A stretch of 64,000 nt of DNA from an uncultured Methylomirabilota bacterium. GTDB taxonomy: Bacteria > Methylomirabilota > Methylomirabilia > Methylomirabilales > 2-02-FULL-66-22. Each line of letters begins with the position of its first letter. Within the stretch, counting starts at the first letter, position 1. This document shows, piece after piece, positions 59,543 to 64,000 of the stretch. A program made the translations under genes and the position numbers. The stretch is taken from positions 2,080,001-2,144,000 of the forward strand of contig OY970067.1 in NCBI GenBank assembly GCA_963705305.1, given 5' to 3'. The notes beneath the pieces are model-generated. The model had not been told where the DNA came from and made no database searches. It saw only the letters and a list, made by a program, of their open reading frames with translations.

Positions 59543-60439
59543 GTGCGCGCAACCATCGCGTTCAACCGGCGGCTGTCGGCCGCCTACCTGCACCTGGGGG
59601 TCAGCGCGCCGGGATTCCCGAAGGAATTCCGGGCGGGGCAGTTCGTCATGGTGCGTCCCCCGTGGGTCGGCGATCCTTTCCTGCCCCGGCCATTCTCCAT
59701 CTATCGCCTCTCGGCGGGGCGGGCCGCCGAAACCCATCTCGGGGAGGCGATTCCCATCGTCGAGGTTCTGTACAAGGTGGTGGGGAAGGGGACGCAGTAT
59801 CTGGCCCGGCTGGAGCCGGGACAGGCGGTGGAGCTTCTGGGCCCGCTGGGCAACGGCTTTGCGCCGCCGGCTCGCGGGGAGTCGGCCGTCCTGGTGGCGG
59901 GGGGCATCGGGGTGCCGCCCATCGCCGCGGTGGCGAGGGAAATTCGAAATTCGAAATTCGAAATTCGAAGTGTCCATGTGTTTCTGGGTGGGAAGACGGC
60001 CGAGGACATTCTCTGCCTCAAAGACTTTGAGGAGGCGGGCACATCCGGCGTGCACGTTACCACCGAGGACGGCAGTCTGGGGACCCGCGGCCTCATCACC
60101 GACCTCCTGGCTCCATTCCTGGCGTCCTGGTTGGGGACCGGCGCGGCGGCGCTCGGGCCGCCCGGCAGCCGGGAAGGGGCGGACCGGCGGAATACCGGGT
60201 CGCCGGATTCTCCTCCGGCGATCCGGCTGTACACCTGCGGCCCCCCCGGGATGCTGGCGGCCGTGGCCTGCCTGGCGGAGGCTTGCCGGGTGCCCTGCCA
60301 GGTCTCCGTCGAGGCGAACATGGCCTGCGGCTTCGGGGCATGCATGGGCTGCGCCGTCGAGCGCCGGGGCGAAGAGCGAAGTTACCGGCTGGTCTGCAAG
60401 GACGGCCCGGTGTTCGATTCGCGGGAGCTGGTATGGTGA
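59543..60439 (+). CDS. pyrK: Dihydroorotate dehydrogenase electron transfer subunit
   Basis: GQFVMV, RPFSI, GPLGNGF, GGIGVPP, TCGP, MACGFGACMGC..CKDGPVF. Confidence 0.93.
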   Translation: MRATIAFNRRLSAAYLHLGVSAPGFPKEFRAGQFVMVRPPWVGDPFLPRPFSIYRLSAGRAAETHLGEAIPIVEVLYKVVGKGTQYLARLEPGQAVELLGPLGNGFAPPARGESAVLVAGGIGVPPIAAVAREIRNSKFEIRSVHVFLGGKTAEDILCLKDFEEAGTSGVHVTTEDGSLGTRGLITDLLAPFLASWLGTGAAALGPPGSREGADRRNTGSPDSPPAIRLYTCGPPGMLAAVACLAEACRVPCQVSVEANMACGFGACMGCAVERRGEERSYRLVCKDGPVFDSRELVW

Positions 60440-60476
60440 ACCGATGTTCCGCCGCATCGCTTCTCCCGGAGTTGCC

Positions 60477-61460
60477 ATGAGCGGCGTCCCGTCCGGCGCG
60501 GGCCAGTCCTCGCCCGCCGTGGATCTGTCCGTGGATCTGGCCGGGATTCGGATGCAGAATCCCGTCATGAGCGCCTCCGGGACCTTCGGGTACGCCCAGG
60601 AGTTCGAAGCCTACCTGGACCTCAATCGCCTCGGCGCCATCGTGGTGAAGACGATCACGCGGCTGCCGCGGGCCGGCAATGCTGCCCCGCGGATCGTGGA
60701 GACGCCGGCGGGCATGCTGAACGCCATCGGCCTGCAGAACGTCGGCATCGATGCGTTCCTGCGGGAGAAGCTGCCGTACCTGCGGCGGCTCCGGCCTCCC
60801 CTCATCGTCAACGTGGCCGGGGAGTCGATCGAGGATTTCCGGGAGCTGGCCAAGCGGATCGGCGATCACGAGGGGGTGGCGGGCATCGAGCTGAACGTGT
60901 CCTGCCCGAACGTGGCGGGGGGACTGGACTTCTCCACGGATCCCCGGCTGACCCATCAGGTGGTCTCGGCCGCACGGGAGGCCACCCGCCTCCCCATCAT
61001 TCCCAAGCTTTCGCCGAACGTCACGGATATCGCCGCCATCGCCCGAGCGGCGGCGGAAGCGGGCGCCGACGGCCTGTCCCTGATCAATACGTTGGTGGGC
61101 ATGGCCATCGACGTGCGGACCCGGCGGCCCAAGATCGCCAACGTGACGGGGGGGCTCTCGGGACCGGCCATTCGCCCGGTGGCGGTCCGCATGGTCTGGC
61201 AGGTGGCCCGGGCGGTCCGCCTGCCCATCATCGGAATCGGGGGAATCGCGACGGCGGAAGACGCCTTGGAATTCCTCCTGGCTGGGGCGACGGCCGTGGC
61301 CGTGGGCACCGCCAGCTTCATCGATCCGGCGGCGAGCGTGAAGATTATCGAGGGGCTGGAGCAGTACTGTGCGGCGAACGGCATCGCGGCCATTCGGCAG
61401 CTCGTTGGCGGCCTCCAGGTTCCTCCGCGGAGCGACGGATGCGTAAACAGAAGACAATAG
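60477..61460 (+). CDS. pyrD: Dihydroorotate dehydrogenase (family 1B) catalytic subunit
   Basis: NPVMSASGTFG, MLNAIGLQN, ELNVSCPN, KLSPNV, INT, GGLSGPAI. Confidence 0.95.
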   Translation: MSGVPSGAGQSSPAVDLSVDLAGIRMQNPVMSASGTFGYAQEFEAYLDLNRLGAIVVKTITRLPRAGNAAPRIVETPAGMLNAIGLQNVGIDAFLREKLPYLRRLRPPLIVNVAGESIEDFRELAKRIGDHEGVAGIELNVSCPNVAGGLDFSTDPRLTHQVVSAAREATRLPIIPKLSPNVTDIAAIARAAAEAGADGLSLINTLVGMAIDVRTRRPKIANVTGGLSGPAIRPVAVRMVWQVARAVRLPIIGIGGIATAEDALEFLLAGATAVAVGTASFIDPAASVKIIEGLEQYCAANGIAAIRQLVGGLQVPPRSDGCVNRRQ

Positions 61461-61954
61461 CCCAAGAGAGGAGAGCCGCGCGATCGCTCCAGGGCTGGCT
61501 GTGGGGGTGGATGGCGCTCTCGGCGGCCGGCCTGCTCGTCGCCGGCTACCTGAGCTTCGAGCGGCTGACCGGGGGCAACCTGGTGTGCAGCCGCTGGGCG
61601 CAGTGCGATACGGTGAACAGCAGTCCCTACGCGCGATTTTTTGGCGTTCCGGTTGCTTTCATCGGCTTTGCCGGATACCTCTTGTTATTGGGGCTGGCCC
61701 TGGCGGCCCTGGCGGCGGACGGCGGGAGGCCGCGCCGGCTGCTCCTCCTCGGCTTTCTCCTCTCATTGGGCGGAGTCGGGTTCTCCGCCTACCTCACGTA
61801 CCTCGAAATATACGTCATCAAGGCCGTCTGCTCGTGGTGCGTGGCCTCGGCAACTATCATCACCCTGCTGGCTGTCTTGGGGGCTTTGGCCCTCTGGCGA
61901 ACAGCCACGCCCTCTCCGCGAGCCTCAGCGAATTCCAGGCCACATCGGCGGTAG
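61439..61954 (+). CDS. Vitamin K epoxide reductase family (VKOR) protein
   Basis: C..C-DTVNSSPYA..GVPVA..G; YLTYLEIYVIKAVCSWC (CxxC). Confidence 0.9.
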   Translation: MRKQKTIAQERRAARSLQGWLWGWMALSAAGLLVAGYLSFERLTGGNLVCSRWAQCDTVNSSPYARFFGVPVAFIGFAGYLLLLGLALAALAADGGRPRRLLLLGFLLSLGGVGFSAYLTYLEIYVIKAVCSWCVASATIITLLAVLGALALWRTATPSPRASANSRPHRR

Positions 61955-62742
61955 TCTCACCCTCCCAGCAAGCGTATCCGAGCTCGTACGGCGGGAACCC
62001 GGCCGGCAAGGTCTGCGGCTTACATCCGCATTAGCGAAGCCGTATGACTATAATGCAAGGAGTTGAGTCAACAGGGGTGGGGGGATGGAAGAAAGCGAAA
62101 GCAAGGCAGCATTCGAGTGCTTCCCGGCTCTCCGTGCAGGAGTCGAATTCGTCGCAGAGTGAAACAATGCCTGATCTGCACCAGCTAAGGCGAGGTTCGG
62201 ATCCCCAGCCGGACTCGATAGCCTCTGGAAGGTTGAGATTCAGGGGGGTGTGTGGCCTGAAGAATGATTCTGACCTGTTTTGATGCCCCTCGGTAAGTCG
62301 ATGAATTACCAGGGGCTTTGTCTCTTGTCTCGGCTGGCATGGGTTGGTCTTGGGTGGGCTGCTGGCCTTCGCGGGCAGACCCTTCGCCTGCCTCTAACGG
62401 CGTGTGGGACCCCCGCTGGCGGCAGGAGCCGATTTGGACTACCATTCGGGCGGACCAATCGGTGGGGGCAAGCTGGTGACGCAGCTAACTCGGGCATGGG
62501 GTGGTGGGCTTTGGTTCCGCGGTCAGAGAAAAGCAGGGGACACGGGGGGCAGGCGGGGTGCTTCGCAGCGGATTTCCGGCTTGGGACGGGGAGGGCTGCA
62601 AGGGAGAGCAGCGGGTGAACGTGGCGTTGGGAAGACGGTAGACAAGCCTGCCCGCGTCGTTGATTGCGACAACCTTACGGCTGCACTTGACAGGATGAGG
62701 CTGTTGCTTCAATAAATGACAGTCCATTTGAGGGAGGGGACC

Positions 62743-63669
62743 GTGACAGACGATCCGCACAGCCTGACACGACGGGAGCTTCTGCTAGGGGCGGCCGCCG
62801 GCCTAGCTCTCAGCCTGCCCGGCGTTCCACGATCCGCCGGAGCGGCAGCGGGGCCCGACCTGGCCGTAATCACCGGCGAGCCGGGGGCGGCTGCCCGCAA
62901 GGCCGTCGAGGCCCTGGGGGGGATGTCGCGCTTTGTTCAAAAGGGCAATCGCGTCGTTCTCAAGCCCAACATGTCCTTCGCCAGCGGGCCGGATCGCGCC
63001 TCGAACACGCATCCCGCCCTCGTCCAAGCCGTTGCCCAGATGTGCCTGGAAGCGGGGGCCGAGCAGGTCATGGTGGTGGACAACCCGCTCCAATCCCCCG
63101 AGCTCTGCCTGCGGCGCGCGGGCGTGGCGGACGCCTGCAGGAGCCTGAAGAACGTCTACGTCCAGATGTTCACCGACCACAAGTTCTACCGGGAAGTGAA
63201 GGTCCCGCAGGGCAAGGTCCTCGACCGGGTGGAAGTTCTCAAGGAGGTGCTCGACAGCCAGGTGCTGATCTGTCTCCCGCAGGCCAAATCCCACTCCGAT
63301 ACCGGGGTCAGCATGGGTGTGAAGGGCCTGATGGGACTGATCTGGGACCGCCGGAGCTTCCACAGCAAATACGACATCAACCAGGCCCTGGCCGATCTGA
63401 CCACGGCGATTCGCCCCAGGCTCACCGTGCTGGACGCCACGCGTGCCCTGACCACTGGTGGTCCGGGCGGGCCCGGCGAGGTCGTGAAACCGAACCTCGT
63501 CATCGCCGGCACCGACCCGATCGCGGTGGACTCCTTCGGCGTGTCCGTAGCCCCCTGGTACGGCCAGCACTTCAAGGGCCGCCAGGTGGAGCACCTGCTG
63601 GCGGCCAGCCAGCGGGGAGCCGGAAAGATCGACGTGGAGCAGCTCAACATCTTGAAAGGCGCTGCATGA
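62743..63669 (+). CDS. DUF362 family protein with a Tat-like signal
   Basis: TRRELL signal; ALGGMSRFV..VVLKPN..NTHP, KSH, KGLMG, DPIAVD. Confidence 0.85.
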   Translation: MTDDPHSLTRRELLLGAAAGLALSLPGVPRSAGAAAGPDLAVITGEPGAAARKAVEALGGMSRFVQKGNRVVLKPNMSFASGPDRASNTHPALVQAVAQMCLEAGAEQVMVVDNPLQSPELCLRRAGVADACRSLKNVYVQMFTDHKFYREVKVPQGKVLDRVEVLKEVLDSQVLICLPQAKSHSDTGVSMGVKGLMGLIWDRRSFHSKYDINQALADLTTAIRPRLTVLDATRALTTGGPGGPGEVVKPNLVIAGTDPIAVDSFGVSVAPWYGQHFKGRQVEHLLAASQRGAGKIDVEQLNILKGAA

Positions 63670-64000
63670 GGAGTGCCGTTCAGGGCCTCTCGCTGGCCCT
63701 GTTCACGGTCCTGTTCGCGCTGGCCAACTACCGGCTTCCGGATTGGCTGCCGGCCGACATCTATTTGCGGCTGGACCCCCTGCTTGGCCTGAGTGCGATC
63801 CTGGCGGGCCGTGCGTGGGTCGGCCGGGCCCTCTGGGGGCTGGGACTGCTCCTGGCCACGATCCTCGTCGGCCGATTTTTCTGCGCCTACGTCTGCCCCC
63901 TCGGCGCGCTCCTCGATTTCCTGGACCTCGTCCTCTTCCGCCGGGTAAAACGGCGCGCGCTCGATTCCGATCCCGCACTCCGCCCGGTCAAGTACGTGGT
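63666..64000 (+). CDS. Membrane-bound 4Fe-4S polyferredoxin (NapH/MauN-like), partial
   Basis: RLDPLL...GRFFCAYVCPLGALLD; ATGA overlap with the DUF362 gene. Confidence 0.85.
   Translation, partial: MRSAVQGLSLALFTVLFALANYRLPDWLPADIYLRLDPLLGLSAILAGRAWVGRALWGLGLLLATILVGRFFCAYVCPLGALLDFLDLVLFRRVKRRALDSDPALRPVKYV

Noticed and set aside
61955..62742. ~790-bp less GC-rich intergenic region with short ORFs
   Set aside because: No recognisable protein, RNA motif or repeat could be supported by eye.

Overview
This is a GC-rich bacterial chromosome window. Its gene content and repeat style suggest Methylomirabilota/NC10-like or deltaproteobacterial affinity, but that is inference only. Most of it is housekeeping: purA-hisZ-serA-class V aminotransferase; a Liv-type ABC transporter; ileS-lspA-rluD; uvrB; ppx; NFACT/RqcH; a TPP-riboswitch thiSGE operon; ltaE; HU; rarA; pyrFE; and a PyrR-attenuated pyrR-pyrB-pyrC-carA-carB-pyrK-pyrD operon interrupted by a toxin-antitoxin pair. 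The main accessory region is about 23.7-33.3 kb. It holds an internally deleted DDE IS, an anion permease, a toxin-antitoxin module, a Mn-riboswitch terC module and two IS110-family elements. For both IS110 elements, the ends, the 2-nt cores, the circle-junction sigma70 promoters and four target/donor guide segments of a bridge-type RNA downstream of the transposase can be read from the sequence. One element sits inside copy 2 of a thrice-repeated, imperfectly palindromic sequence that separates the accessory modules like cassette boundaries. A second uncharacterised locus at 43.0-47.9 kb is a six-gene signalling operon: HTH-receiver, DUF4388/PATAN-like proteins, Roadblock-like proteins, a winged-helix protein and an output-less Cache-HAMP sensor. 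MITE-like, REP-like and heptamer repeats are scattered through the window, some in frame inside genes. All family assignments come from motif recognition by eye, not database searches.
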